Source: Octopus vulgaris (Eukaryota). From it: a stretch of 64,000 bases of DNA. Below, piece after piece: positions 1 to 12,547 of this stretch. Position 1 is the stretch's first letter, and each line of letters opens with the position of its first letter. Under the pieces are notes generated by a model. That model searched no databases. It was not told the DNA's origin and was given only the letters and a program-made list of their open reading frames with translations. The translations under genes were made by a program, and so were the position numbers. The stretch spans positions 63,054,001 through 63,118,000 of the forward strand of contig OX597815.1 in NCBI GenBank assembly GCA_951406725.2. Reading direction: 5' to 3'.

Positions 1-91
1 AGTGCCATTTAACCCGTTCCAATGCCAAAACCAGACAAACAAATTTTTCGCATTTCAGATTTATAGATATTGATGATGATGATGATGATGA

Positions 92-212
<121 letters not shown>

Positions 213-881
213 CATAGCTATACATTTATGCGTGTGTGTCTGTGTTTCTGTTTACAGATATTTATAGTTCCATTGATGGATTGGATCTGTAGTCTTTGAA
301 TTAGCTTTCTCCTTTCTAGTTTTGAGAAGCCTAATTTCTCAAGATTGGTATTTAGGCTTTGGGTCACATATCCCAGGGCCCCATATGTATGCATGTATGT
401 ATGTAAGTATGTATGTATGTATGAATCTATGTATGTATGTATGTATGTATGTATGTATGTATGTATGTATGTATGTATGTATGTATGTATGTATGTATAC
501 CAGCTGAGTCCTATAGTCCACTAGCACACTTTCTCTGAAGGAAATATCATAATAAGGAAACTGTGGCTTGCAATCTAAGGAGGAGATGAACACAGATGCG
601 TGATTTTCTAGCAAGTATTTGGTATATTGAGCACAAATTCAGACTACATAAAGCAGGAGGGATTGCCATTAGATTCTTCCCAAAATAACACCAATTAAAA
701 TAAATTCAATGTACCTAATATTCATAACTGACGGATGTTTATATATGTCTGTGTGTATGTGCGGGCGTGTTTATGTGTGTGTGTATGATGGAAAGATAAA
801 AATAAATATATGCATAGACACTTAGAAATGTGCAAATACATACATACACACGAACATACGTATATATGTATATATGCATGC

Positions 882-920
<39 letters not shown>

Positions 921-921
921 C

Positions 922-966
<45 letters not shown>

Positions 967-967
967 C

Positions 968-1010
<43 letters not shown>

Positions 1011-1058
1011 TGTATATATATATACATATATACATCTTTCATATATATATATATATAT

Positions 1059-1268
1059 GAGACACGGCAGAATTCTTAGATCTCCGGGTGAAATGCTTGG
1101 CGGCATTTCATCCATCTTCGCGTTCTGACATCAAAGTCCACCGAGGTCGACTTTACCTTTCATCCTTTCGAGTTCCATAAAAGAAGTACCATTTGAGTAT
1201 TGGGTTCGATGCAGTCGACTTACTCTATCTCCCGAGATTGATGGCAATGTGCCAAAATTTCAAATCAA

Positions 1269-1270
<2 letters not shown>
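1059..1270 (+). mobile_element. tRNA-derived SINE, family B (decayed), flanked by (TA)n
   Basis: ggcagaa...gaaatgcttggcggcatttc...ccgaggtcgactttacctttcatcctttcg...aagtacca...gtgccaaaatttcaaatcaat; the same body occurs at 12453, 15505 and 58612. Confidence 0.75.
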
Positions 1271-1340
<70 letters not shown>

Positions 1341-1381
1341 TATACATACAAACATAGATGTACACACACACATCTATATAC

Positions 1382-1418
<37 letters not shown>

Positions 1419-1437
1419 CATATATATATATATATAC

Positions 1438-1483
<46 letters not shown>

Positions 1484-1590
1484 TATATTCATAGATGTAC
1501 ACACGCTCACAAATGCACCAACGCACGCCCACACACGCACACATGTATATATTGTGAAGTCATGCGCATAGATAGGTAGATGATAGATAG

Positions 1591-1641
<51 letters not shown>

Positions 1642-1960
1642 TAAATAGAGCCAGTGCTAGGCTGTAAGCTGCAGTAATAATATATAAAGGGCGATGTGTT
1701 AATCGATTCATTGCCAGTTCTGTGCCAAATACACGATTTTGATAAATAGCCGAACAAATTAGAAGCACCAATTTGCTATGTAGCTTTAACTTTGACAAAT
1801 GGGATCGGTTTTATAGCCGTCTGTCTATTGACACGTTAGTTGAGACACGTACTGAGCACGTAGATATGTCTGTGCCAGTGTGTATGCGTGCGTGTGTGTG
1901 TGTTCGTCTGTATGTCTCTGTGTGTCTGTGTGCGTGTATAAGGCAATATATGTATGTATG

Positions 1961-2006
<46 letters not shown>

Positions 2007-2108
2007 CATACACACACACGTGTTTTATATATTTTATATGCATATATGTATTGTACCAACTAGGGATAAAATTGTGTGCGTGTATATATATATGTGTGTG
2101 TGTATACG

Positions 2109-2167
<59 letters not shown>

Positions 2168-2200
2168 ACGTATGTATATATATATATATATATATGTATG

Positions 2201-2316
<116 letters not shown>

Positions 2317-2374
2317 GTATGTATACATACATCAATGCATATATATGTTTAGATATATATATACATATATATGT

Positions 2375-2410
<36 letters not shown>

Positions 2411-3000
2411 GCATACATCCATTATATATATATATGTATACACCACACACATACACATATATAAACATATATGAGTGTATTTCGGTGTGACTGGGCGTAT
2501 ATGTGCGTATGTACATGCGTATGTCGTATGCCTATGTTGTATGTTTGTATATGCCTATATACGTCGCTATATCTGCGTGTCCAAATATTCACACGCACCG
2601 ACCAACCTGTGTTTTGTAGTTCGATGAATGATATTTGTCTGCTTGGGTGCGTATGTAAGCGTGGGTGTATATATATATAAGTATGTGTGTAAGTACAGGG
2701 ACCTGCTCGTATGTATTTGTATAATACACACACACACACACTCACACACATTCATACATATGTATATACACATATACTGCATTCATATATGCATAATTAT
2801 ACACTTAAATTATATAAATATAAGCACATATATAATATAATTATCTATTTACGTCTGTATATAAGAATCTGTGTATATGAATTGAATTCAATTGAACTAG
2901 TTACATCTCACCAGCTGGGGACCCATCACACACACACAAACACACACACACACATACGCACATACACACACAGATAGATAGATAGATATACATTCATACT

Positions 3001-3050
<50 letters not shown>

Positions 3051-3074
3051 TATTTATATATATGTATGTGTATA

Positions 3075-3104
<30 letters not shown>

Positions 3105-3105
<1 letters not shown>

Positions 3106-3552
3106 CACAATCAAGGAACGGCCATAATAGGCCATTCACCCACTAGAAATAACAGCCAAAAGCTTTAACCGCAAAATAACATTAATTCCGTAAACCAGGA
3201 GAAAATTGAAAAACTTTTACCCTGTAATTTCTTAGACGATGCACCGTTTCATCTACCGTTTAATGGTAAACTAACCTGATTAAATTAAATCAAGCCAATC
3301 CACCATAGGCCCTTAGACTCATCAGTAAGAAATAGCCAAGTCGGAACAGATATTTTTCACGAGGCATTCCTCTTGCTACCTCGGCAATATCTGACCTAAA
3401 ATTTTCAAATCGTCGCACTCGCGCCAAATTTATCGGCAGCAAATAAATATAAGCCACCGATTCCATTACGGAACTAACCAGAAAATTCATAATTAATCAA
3501 TATAGGGTGGCAAAAAAAATTTTGTAGAATTCTTTTGCCACCAGCGGCCTAG

Positions 3553-3556
<4 letters not shown>
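3105..3556 (-). mobile_element. ~450-bp non-coding hammerhead-bearing element (Penelope pLTR/retrozyme-like) inserted in (TA)n
   Basis: Complex-sequence block bounded on both sides by pure (TA)n; no credible ORF; contains the ribozyme at 3227-3333. Confidence 0.65.
3227..3333 (-). ncRNA. Type I hammerhead ribozyme, apparently intact
   Basis: Minus strand reads AUUUCUUA-CUGAUGA-GUCUA-[58 nt containing a 19-bp hairpin]-UAGAU-GAAA-CGGUGCAUCG-UC-UAAGAAAU. Helix I is a perfect 8 bp, both core boxes are canonical, helix III is quasi-palindromic (ACGGUGCAUCGU), and the cleavage triplet is GUC (cut between 3235 and 3234). Confidence 0.88.
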
Positions 3557-3617
<61 letters not shown>

Positions 3618-3632
3618 TATATATATATATAC

Positions 3633-3877
3633 TGGGCAGTGTGAGGGTTTACTGAGCGAAAACAACTAAAGCTCCACGATACTCCGGAGGGGGTGGCGAA
3701 CCCTGCCTTACTCTTTCATCACAACTTTCTCTCCTTCTGTTTTCCTGTTTCTGTTGTACCTGTGTTTCAAAGGGCCAGCCTTGTCACACTGAATCTCCCT
3801 GATAGCTACATTAAGGGTACAGGTGTCTGTGGAGTGCTCAGCCACTTGCACGTTCATTTCACGAGTAGGCTGTTCCA
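3633..3877 (+). mobile_element. SINE family C, 3' body fragment
   Basis: tttcaaagggccagccttgtcacactgaatctccctga...ttaagggtac...gagtgctcag...cacgagtaggctgttcc is the reverse-complement match of the body at 9275-9385. Confidence 0.65.
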
Positions 3878-4050
3878 TATATATAATTGAATTTTGGAAA
3901 AATTAAAAGAAAAGTTTTTTAAAAGAATATTTGCATAGTATTCAAATACAAGGGCCATTTTCCCTATTTCTGTCTGTCTCTGACTCTCTTGTTTACATTT
4001 GTGAGTTCGAGGTCAAATATATATATATATATATATATATATCCGGCTAT

Positions 4051-4444
4051 TCTCTTTTACTTGTTTCAGTCGTTTGACTGCAGTCATTCTGGAGCACCGC
4101 CTTTAGTTGAGTAAATCGACCCCAGGACCTATTCTTTAGAATCCTAGTACATATTCTATCTTTCCTTTTTGCCGAACCGCTAAGTTACGGGGCGTAAACA
4201 CTTCACCATCGGTTGTCAAGCAATGTTGGGGGGACAATCACAGACACACAAACATATACACACACATACATACGACGGACTTCTTTCAGTTTCTATCTAC
4301 CAAATCCACTCACAAGGCTTTAGTCGGTCCGAGGCTATAGTAGAAGACCTTTGCCCAAGGTGCCACGCAGTGGGACTGTACCCGGAAACCCGGAACCATG
4401 TGGTTGGTAAGTAAGCTACTTACCACACAGCCACTCCTGCGCCT
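4051..4444 (-). mobile_element. tRNA-derived SINE family A (CORE-like; octopus OR/OK-type), near full length
   Basis: Minus strand: aggcgcaggagtggctgtgtggtaag (A box)...ggttccggg (B-box region)...caccttgggcaa...gtgagtggatttggtaga...internal microsatellite...ctgaaacaagtaaaagag; about 10 copies in the window. Confidence 0.85.
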
Positions 4445-4483
4445 ATAATATAATACAATACATATATATATATATATATATAT

Positions 4484-5340
4484 ACCATGGCTTGGCTTCA
4501 CGAACGAAGATCAAGAAGGCTGCCCACGTCGCGTGCATGCACGCTCATGACTGACAAGTCCGATATGAGAAAGGCAGGTCCGTGAACAGTGTCCACAGAC
4601 GAATGTAGCATCCGGTGTGGTGTCAGAGGCGGCTCACGCCTTCCCTCTGCGTCTCTTGTCTTTAAGTGCGTCTCTTCTTTGTTCCTCAAACTTGCTGACT
4701 GCGTTGAAGATCGTGTGGCGCCAGACATCACGGCCCGCAGCCAGGTCTGACCAGCATTTGTGGTTAATATGACATGTTGTTAGAGACTTCTTGAGGCAGT
4801 CTTTGTAGTGCTTCGTCGGAGCTCCTCTCACTCGGTGGCCGGTGGAGAGTTCGCCAAACAGGGAAATCTTTGGAAGACGATGGTCCTGCATTCTGGAGAC
4901 ATGCCCCGCCCATCGGAAGTGGTACTTCAGTAGCGTGGCTTCAATGCTGGGGATCTCGGCCCGCTCCAAGACTTCAATGTTTGTGACAAAGTCACTCCAG
5001 TGAATGTTGAGGATGGTGCAAAGACATCGCTGGTGGAAGTGCTCGAGGAGACGGATGTGACTGCGGTAAGTGATCCAGGTCTCTGAGCTGTAGATAAGAG
5101 TGGTGAGAACCACGGCCCTGTAGACACTGATCTTTGTTTTGTTCTTCAGGCCACTATTGTGCCAAACACGTTTGTACAATCTGCAAAAGGATCTATTTGC
5201 CTTAGAAAGTCTATTGTCAATTCCCCTGTCAATCCTTGCATCGGATGAGATGATGCAGCCCAGGTATGTAAACTGCTGTATTGATTTCAGTTCGGTGCCG
5301 CAGATAGTGATGTGGGGTGAGCGGTATTCCTCTTGGGAAT
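4484..5340 (-). mobile_element. RTE-clade LINE, 5'-truncated 3' end (RT C-terminus plus terminal C2H2-like motif)
   Basis: FTYLGCIISSDARID...KTKISVYRAVVLTTLIYSSETW...FHQRCL..IL.IHW...RWAGHVSRMQDHRLPK...YKDCLKKSL; frameshifted CGHCSRTC...SHERAC; short 3' UTR running into (TA)n. Confidence 0.92.
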
Positions 5341-5700
5341 ATATGCATATATGTATGTATGTTTGTATGTACAGAAGCGTTGGTTTGGATACAGACGTAT
5401 ATATGAGTCTATATGCATCATATAGATGCTTTTGCTCTTAAAATTGTATAAATACACGTCAACACAATAATACTCGCGGACTCACATGCAAACACATGTC
5501 GGTATTTTAGCTGAGAATATCATGTTATCACTAATTAATTGCGCTCCAGCAATGCCCATCCCTAATAACCACACGCACAGACACGCTCACATATACACCC
5601 GCACACACACACAAGTCAGTACGCGAACATAATCCCATAAGCATACACTAGTATGTATAATACAAGCACACACTCACACTCACACACCCAGACCCATACG

Positions 5701-5764
<64 letters not shown>

Positions 5765-6467
5765 CACAAACAAGTCTTCACATATTTTTGCACGTATGTT
5801 GATCTTGTATTTTATGTAAAAATATATGCATGGTGTATGTGTGTGTGCGTATTCTTGTACATACATGCATACATATAAATATGTATATGCATATACTTTA
5901 TATATATATATGTGTATATATATATTTATATACATATATATATGCATATATATATATATGTATGCATATATATATAGTTACATACATAATACATATACGC
6001 ATACATACATACATGCGCACGTACATACATACATGTATACAACCATGTATATATACAGACAATTCGATGTCTTTAGCCCAGTGGTTTAGTTGTTCGGAAT
6101 GCAATAAAAAAATCGAAGTTCCGATTCTTGGGCTAGGTCGCACATTTTCCCTTTCACCATGGCATATTTCCCTTTTCCTTTTCTCTCTCTCTCTCTTTCT
6201 CTTTCTTTCTCTCCCTCACACACATTCACACACACCATCTCTCTCTCTCTCTCTCTCTCTCACTATTTCTCTACCTGTCACTTTGTCGTTTAGGTCATTT
6301 GATTGAGAGGGATTCTGTTTGTGGCTTCATAATCATACAAATGATTGGTACATAAGCATCATACGTGTAGTCATGGCATCATGTTTGTTGGCTAGAAGTG
6401 ATGGTTGTGCTATGTATATATGTGTGTGCTAACATAACACATACATGCACGCACACACACGCAAACA

Positions 6468-6537
<70 letters not shown>

Positions 6538-6849
6538 GAGAACCACGGTAATAGCTTAGGAGTGAAATTTAGGATTTCTCGGTTTTCTGTAAGTCAATTT
6601 TGATAAAACTTTTCCCAGCTGGTTTACACAGTATGGCAACACCATTGTTATGTTTTCATTATTCAGTGTAACGTCCTTTCCTTTTTATTTCAGATTCTTC
6701 AGTTTTTGGGTGAAGTACACTGTTAGTCCATCTAGACTGTTTTTTTTTTTCAGAAATGAAGGGTAATGATACATATAAAGCATACATTGAGTATATATTT
6801 AACAGAAAACCAAAATAGTATTATAACATTTATTGACGTAATGAATTAT

Positions 6850-7830
6850 TTAGCTACACGGGTGCCATTTCCTATTAGTTATGAAATCTGTCAATCTTTT
6901 AGTTGTAGCATGCTGGATTGACTCTGCTGCTGCTTTGATGGGCGCCCATAAGATATTTTTCGACGTGAATTGCTGCCCATCGGCATAAACATCTTGTTTC
7001 ATGATGGAGCAAAAATTTTTGATAGGGTTGAGATCAGGAAATACTGGCGGCCACACCACCAACCTTTCATCTTGTATGCCGTAAGACCCTATTAATGTTT
7101 GGCTGGTCCTAGCAGAGTGGGAGAGAGCGTTGTCATGCATGAATACGAGATTCCTTAGAAGTGACAGCGGTATGTCATCTATCCAGGAGTTAAAGACCTC
7201 CTTCAGACGCAGTAAGCGTCTGCGGTCACCCCTTCAGGCACCCTGACTAGGCCTACAAATCTGTCCCTAATGATAATCTGTCCACAACATGACTCCTCCA
7301 CCCTGTTGTCGACGTCGTAAACGTTGGTGAGATTCATCTCCAAAACAGACCCAACCATTTTCCCAACCGTCAGGTCCGTTAAGGGTCGCCCTGGTTTCGT
7401 CAGTGAACAGAACACGACTCATGTCTAATGCCATGTACTTTTGGGCCCATTGAAGCCTCAAACTCCTGTGACGGGGGGGGGGCTTGAAGGAGGAAGATTC
7501 AGGGGTTCTTGCAGAGAAGCCATGGTCTCGAGGATGCCATTTCTGGTGCTTTTCGGAGCATGGGGAAATTCGGAGTTTGTTTCTCTAGATTTCCTACGTA
7601 ACTTGTTGCCAATATTTCTTAAATCCCTAGCTGTCACAGTCTTGGCGGTCCTAGAATCGGATTGTTTCTTCCTAGGCGAAGGGTCCTTCAAGAATCGTCT
7701 AACCGTGTCCACACGACGACCTAACTTCTCCGCAATGACATGAAGAGAGATACCTTTAGCATTTTCATTGATGATGACAGACTTTTCTTCATCGCTAAGG
7801 CCCTTTCCACGTCCCATTGTTCTAGCAAAA
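6850..7830 (-). pseudogene. Tc1-family (DD34E-type) transposase, frameshifted
   Basis: MGRGKGLSDEEK...IAEKLGR (HTH); RLQWAQKY...VLFTDETR...GPDGW; HDNALSH; WPPVFPDLNPIKN, spread across several broken ORFs; TIRs not resolved. Confidence 0.9.
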
Positions 7831-8281
7831 ACTGAAATATTTGAAATAAAAAGGAAGGACGTTACACGGAAGTATTCTCTTCCTGAGGAGCTCATTTCCA
7901 ACACTTTTCACTCTAAGATAATGTACTTATTTTTGCTACTGTTGTTTAGCAAGTGCTGTCTGAGAATAACCATGCAACTTTCAACGGCTGTTTGCACTGA
8001 TCTGAAGCCCCTACTTCCTTTAGTTCTTCTTAGGTGGAGCCTGTGAATATCACTATTTCTATGGAGATTTCCATTTGATGTTGGGATCTTGCGGGTTTTA
8101 ATGTCTATGGAGTGGATTTCTTCTATAGATCAGTCAAGTATCCCAGATGTTGGAATCAGCACTGGTACTGGAAAGGAATTGTGGGATGTTGTCATGTTGT
8201 AAAAGGAGAGTTCAGACTGTATTATGTATGTATGTATGTATGTATGTATGTATGTATGTATGTATGTATGTATGTATGTAT

Positions 8282-8900
8282 ATGAATTGCAAAACAAAAA
8301 ACCTCATTTACCGTATAACATGTCCACAGTGCAATGCGAATGATATCGGCGAAACAGGAACAAAATTAATAGATCGGTTTAGGGTATGTGAGCAACAAAT
8401 CAAAGCTTCATCACTGAGAACCATTCCACCTACTGAACATCTGGGCATTTGTGCAAATGGAAAATTCAAAATAATTTTTTTTTGCAAAACAAAAGAAGAA
8501 AATTTTTCAATTACAAAAGGCAAAAGAATACTATTTCCCAATCTTCACCGGAAATAGTCAACGCTGCAGAGAAATAAGTACTTATATGCGGATTATTTTT
8601 AACACGTGTGTTTAGAAAACTGAAAAAAGGAAAAGCGCATAACACAACACAGAAACTTGCTACCATATGTATTCTTATATATGTGTATACCTTCTTAACA
8701 TCTCTAGCACCACATCAATGGCCGTGTAAAATATGGAAGTGTTTTTCTGATGCCTCTCGTAGAATGCTGACAATAGCAACTTCTTAATATGAAATGATAA
8801 ATCTCAAGAGAAACATATCCGGTTGCAGCTTGCAATTATTATTGGTTGACGCTAGTGTTTTTTGTAAAAGGCAAGGACCTCGCATCATTTCATTCCCATA
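8282..8900 (+). mobile_element. Penelope-like element 3' fragment (GIY-YIG endonuclease) plus probable 3' UTR
   Basis: NCKTKNLIYRITCPQCNANDIGETGTKLIDRF...EHLGIC matches the PLE GIY-YIG signature (NLIY..TC..C...YIGET...R...H); begins at a (TATG)n tract; 3' limit uncertain. Confidence 0.8.
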
Positions 8901-8969
8901 TATAATTTAGAATCTAATTAAAGGGGCAAAATTCAATTGAAAATAGGACATTTCGTTAAACTTTTATGT

Positions 8970-9172
8970 TGTCTATATGTGTCCCGTACTATTTGAGTAC
9001 ATTAACTCTACGTGTAGTGCCTTATATATGTGTGCCTCTTCATAGGTGTACGTCACTCTATTCGTATCTCCCTCTTTAAGTACCCTTTATAAGTGTATCC
9101 TCATCTCTTTGTACTTCGCTATACATCTGCCTGACGATATGTGTACCTCCCTATATATATGTATGTCACCAT
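8970..9172. repeat. Decayed ~16-17-bp minisatellite (consensus ~tatatgtgtacctccc)
   Basis: About 12 successive divergent units, e.g. tatatatgtgtgcctct / tataagtgtatcctca / gatatgtgtacctccc. Confidence 0.5.
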
Positions 9173-9229
9173 ATTAACAGATACACAACAACTGTTATCA
9201 CTGATTGTTGCACGTATATTTAACTACTA

Positions 9230-9537
9230 GCCCTCCGATGGTTACGACGACGAGGTTCCAGTTGATCCGGTTAATGGAACAGCCTGCTCGGGAAACTGAG
9301 CACGCCACGGACACGTATACTCTTAACGTAGTTCTCAGGTAGATTCAGCGTGACACAGAATATTACAAGAGCGACCCTTTGAAATACATGTATTACTCAT
9401 TTTTGCCAGCTGTGTGAACTTGAGCAACGTGAAATAAAGTGTTTTGCTCAAGGACCCAATGCGTCACCGGGAACTAAACTCACGATCATACGATCATAAG
9501 CCGAATACTGCTAACCACTAAGCCACGTGCCTTCACC
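9230..9537 (-). mobile_element. tRNA-derived SINE family C
   Basis: Minus strand: gaaggcacgtggcttagtggttag (A box)...gtgagtttagttcccgg (B-box-like)...gtccttgagcaaaacactttatttcacgttgctc...cagctggcaaaaatgagt; decayed relatives at ~6070 and 38350-38490. Confidence 0.75.
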
Positions 9538-10064
9538 ATAAAACATATTTACACAACGACAAATCGAATACCAAATTTTTGTAGAACAAAAGAGAATACC
9601 ATGCAGTCTTGAAGACTGAACAGGTGCTAAAACCATCACAAATAAAACAAACAGAAGCAGCATAATTATATTTCACTAAAATCATTCCGAAAAAATACCT
9701 TTACTCCTGGAATTTAATTCTGTTAACTTTGATAGATGGTGCCAAAAATAGTTGTTTACCACAATTTCCTCAAATCGCATACTTAATATCGTTACCATTC
9801 TGCAAGATGCATAAGATAAACTTTCCATATTTTTACACAGCCAGTGATGTGGTGCATGTGAGGCCAAGAAGCAGGTAACGGGATCTCCATGTAATTAATA
9901 TTCAACCATTGCTATTATTTTACTTCGGTCCGGTGAACATTGTGTTTGCTGTCGGAACGTTTCTGAAGCGTTATTTGGCATCCTGTATATTTCTAACATA
10001 ACTTACAATGTAGAGGGTAAGAGTTACATTCATTTACATCAATCCTAGTATTTGAGTCCACCAG

Positions 10065-10338
10065 AATTTCAACAAAGGACGTAAAGACGCGCAACTAAAT
10101 GTTTCAATATATTTTGTTCGACGATCTGCCAACTTTCTAGATCTACCACCATTGTTACTTTCATAAACATGTTCTATCCAAAATTTAGTTTACTCCGCTC
10201 TCCTGTGTAATATCTCGTGCTTAATTTCAACAAAGGACGTAAAGACGCGCAACTAAATGTTTCAATATATTTTGTTCGACGATCTGCCAACTTTCTAGAT
10301 CTACCACCATTGTTACTTTCATAAACATGTTCTATCCA
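10065..10338. repeat. Perfect 116-bp direct duplication with a 42-bp spacer
   Basis: 10065-10180 and 10223-10338 are identical by eye (aatttcaacaaaggacg...catgttctatcca). Confidence 0.93.
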
Positions 10339-10589
10339 TTATCTTATTTCAGCAGCACCTCGAGTGAAGCCCTATGATTTTTAACACAAAAGTTTCCTTG
10401 AGAACCTCCTTCGAGGTAAACTATTGCAGTTGGGCCATCCCATGTTTGTGCAAATATTATAAATGTTTTACACACAGGTTTATCGCTGTTTCTTTAATAA
10501 ATTTCCACAGTTAAAGAATACTATGTAACAAAATTCTTACTCTTTTTATTATTTTTTTTTTTCATTTTATTTTGTCTTTGGTCAGTAAG

Positions 10590-10920
10590 TATTATTTCCT
10601 ATTTGCTTCTCTCTAGAAATCAAAGGAAATGGCTACTTTTACCCCTTATGCATTACTTTTGTGAGCTGGATATCAATGTTTTGAAACTGACCTATTTTCC
10701 ATTACATTTCAGACAGATTCAGCACTGAGTTGCTGAAGCAAAAATATCGTTATAGCAAATATCCTGTTCAATACCACAGATTTGCTTGTCAGTTGTATGA
10801 CCTTAACCAGTTCAGGTAGACCCTCAGTGGCGAACAATTTATGCATCTTTGACCATGAACAGGAGTAGTGGAGGATCATCACAGCCATGTGTTGAGAGAG
10901 ATTCTATGGGATTTGAATAA
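10590..10920. mobile_element. Dispersed non-coding repeat, same family as 32489-32829 in opposite orientation
   Basis: gtagtggaggatcatcacagccatgtgttgagagagattctatgggatttgaataa is the reverse-complement match of ttattcaaaccccaaagaatccctctcaacacatggctatgatgctcccccactac. Confidence 0.7.
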
Positions 10921-11324
10921 ATATCTTAAAAGCAAAGTTTTTTTCATACTTTTTCAGGATAAGCAAATAGGAAATCACAGTTACTACCAGGCCAAAAACC
11001 GTGTTACACAGTGTAATCATTGTTTTGAGCCAACTTCCGTTTAAAATGTTGAAGATCTTCACTTTGTAGTTTGCTTACTGCTTGCTTCTTTCAGTTAGAG
11101 ATAAGTGTCGTATATTTCAAGATTAACAGAGATTTAGTGGAGATCGATATAATTCTAATTGACGAGGCTCTCGGAATTTTCTAAACTTCAAATAACGTAG
11201 AAATTACTGTCGGTTAATGATCTGAATAGATTTTAGAGAGCGACAAAGGAAAGAAAACTAATTGTACTTTATTGAACTTTTGTTTTCGCAGCTTCAATTA
11301 CACACAAAAAACACGCGGACAAAC

Positions 11325-11404
<80 letters not shown>

Positions 11405-11520
11405 ATATATATAATTCTTTCTTCCCTCCTCCCTCTCCCCCTCTCACTCTCTCTAAGTATATATATCTGTCGTTAAGCTTAAAAGAATAAACCCTCAGGT
11501 TAAAAGCTATTATTATTATT

Positions 11521-11607
<87 letters not shown>

Positions 11608-12413
11608 TCATATTCACACAGTAGATTAGACTGTTCCAAAAGAAAAAATCCTAACATCGGGCTACAACAAGTTGCCTTAGGTGCCAAGAACTCTCCTTAG
11701 TATCCTAGCTCTCCCTAATAACACTGTTTTCTGGAGCTGTACTAAACTGGGTGTTATGCCTATTTCCTCTATCCATCTGTTCAAATCTTTAGGGATAGTT
11801 CGCAATGCACCTATAATTGCTGGGATACATTTTACCCGCACTTTCCATAGTCTCTGTTATTGAATAGCTAGGTCCTGGTTCTTAGCTATTTTTCTATACC
11901 TCTCATATTGATTTTTTCATTATTCGGAACTGTAAAGTGGATTATCTGGTATTTTCTACTCTCTTTATCTACTACTACTAAATCAGGCTTTCTAGCTTCT
12001 ATTACTCTGCCAGTCTGAATATTGAAGTCCCACATTTTGTATTTCTTACTTTCTAGTACTTTACTAGGTTCATGTTCATACCATTTATCAGTATGTTCAA
12101 ATCCTAGCTTTCTACATAGCTCCCAGTGGATTACTCTCCCTAGGTCGTCATGTCTTTTCTTGTATTATTTCAGTATGCTGCATTCACTTACTATATGAGT
12201 AACGCTTTCCTTTTTTGATTTGCATAACCTACACTTGGATTTTGTCAATCTTGGCTTCTTTCCAATTTATCCTTAATGCTTGATTTTGTGCTGCTACTAA
12301 GAAACTCTTTGTCTTTCTTTTCAGTTTTACTTTCCTCAACCATATCCATAACCACATCTCGCTACTATATTTGCGGTAGATTCTTTGGGAATCTACAATG
12401 CAACACCTTCTCC

Positions 12414-12415
<2 letters not shown>
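11608..12415 (-). mobile_element. R4/Dong-like RLE non-LTR retrotransposon, 3' fragment embedded in (TAA)n
   Basis: CRLCKSKKESVTHIVSEC, RHDDLGRVIHWELC, KWYEHEP, WDFNIQT..VIEARKPDLV, IIGAL, LQKTVLLGRARILRRVL; (ATT)n on both sides. Confidence 0.85.
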
Positions 12416-12452
<37 letters not shown>

Positions 12453-12454
<2 letters not shown>

Positions 12455-12547
12455 GGCGGCGAGGTGGCAGAAAATGCTCAGCGGTATTTCGTCTGCCGTT
12501 ACGTTCTGAGTTCAAATTCCGCCGAGGTCGACTTTGCCTTTCATCTT
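12453..12547 (+). mobile_element. SINE family B, truncated head inside (ATT)n
   Basis: aaggcggcgaggtggcagaa...cggtatttcgtctgccgttacgttctgagttcaaattccgccgaggtcgactttgcctttcatc (A and B boxes). Confidence 0.8.
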
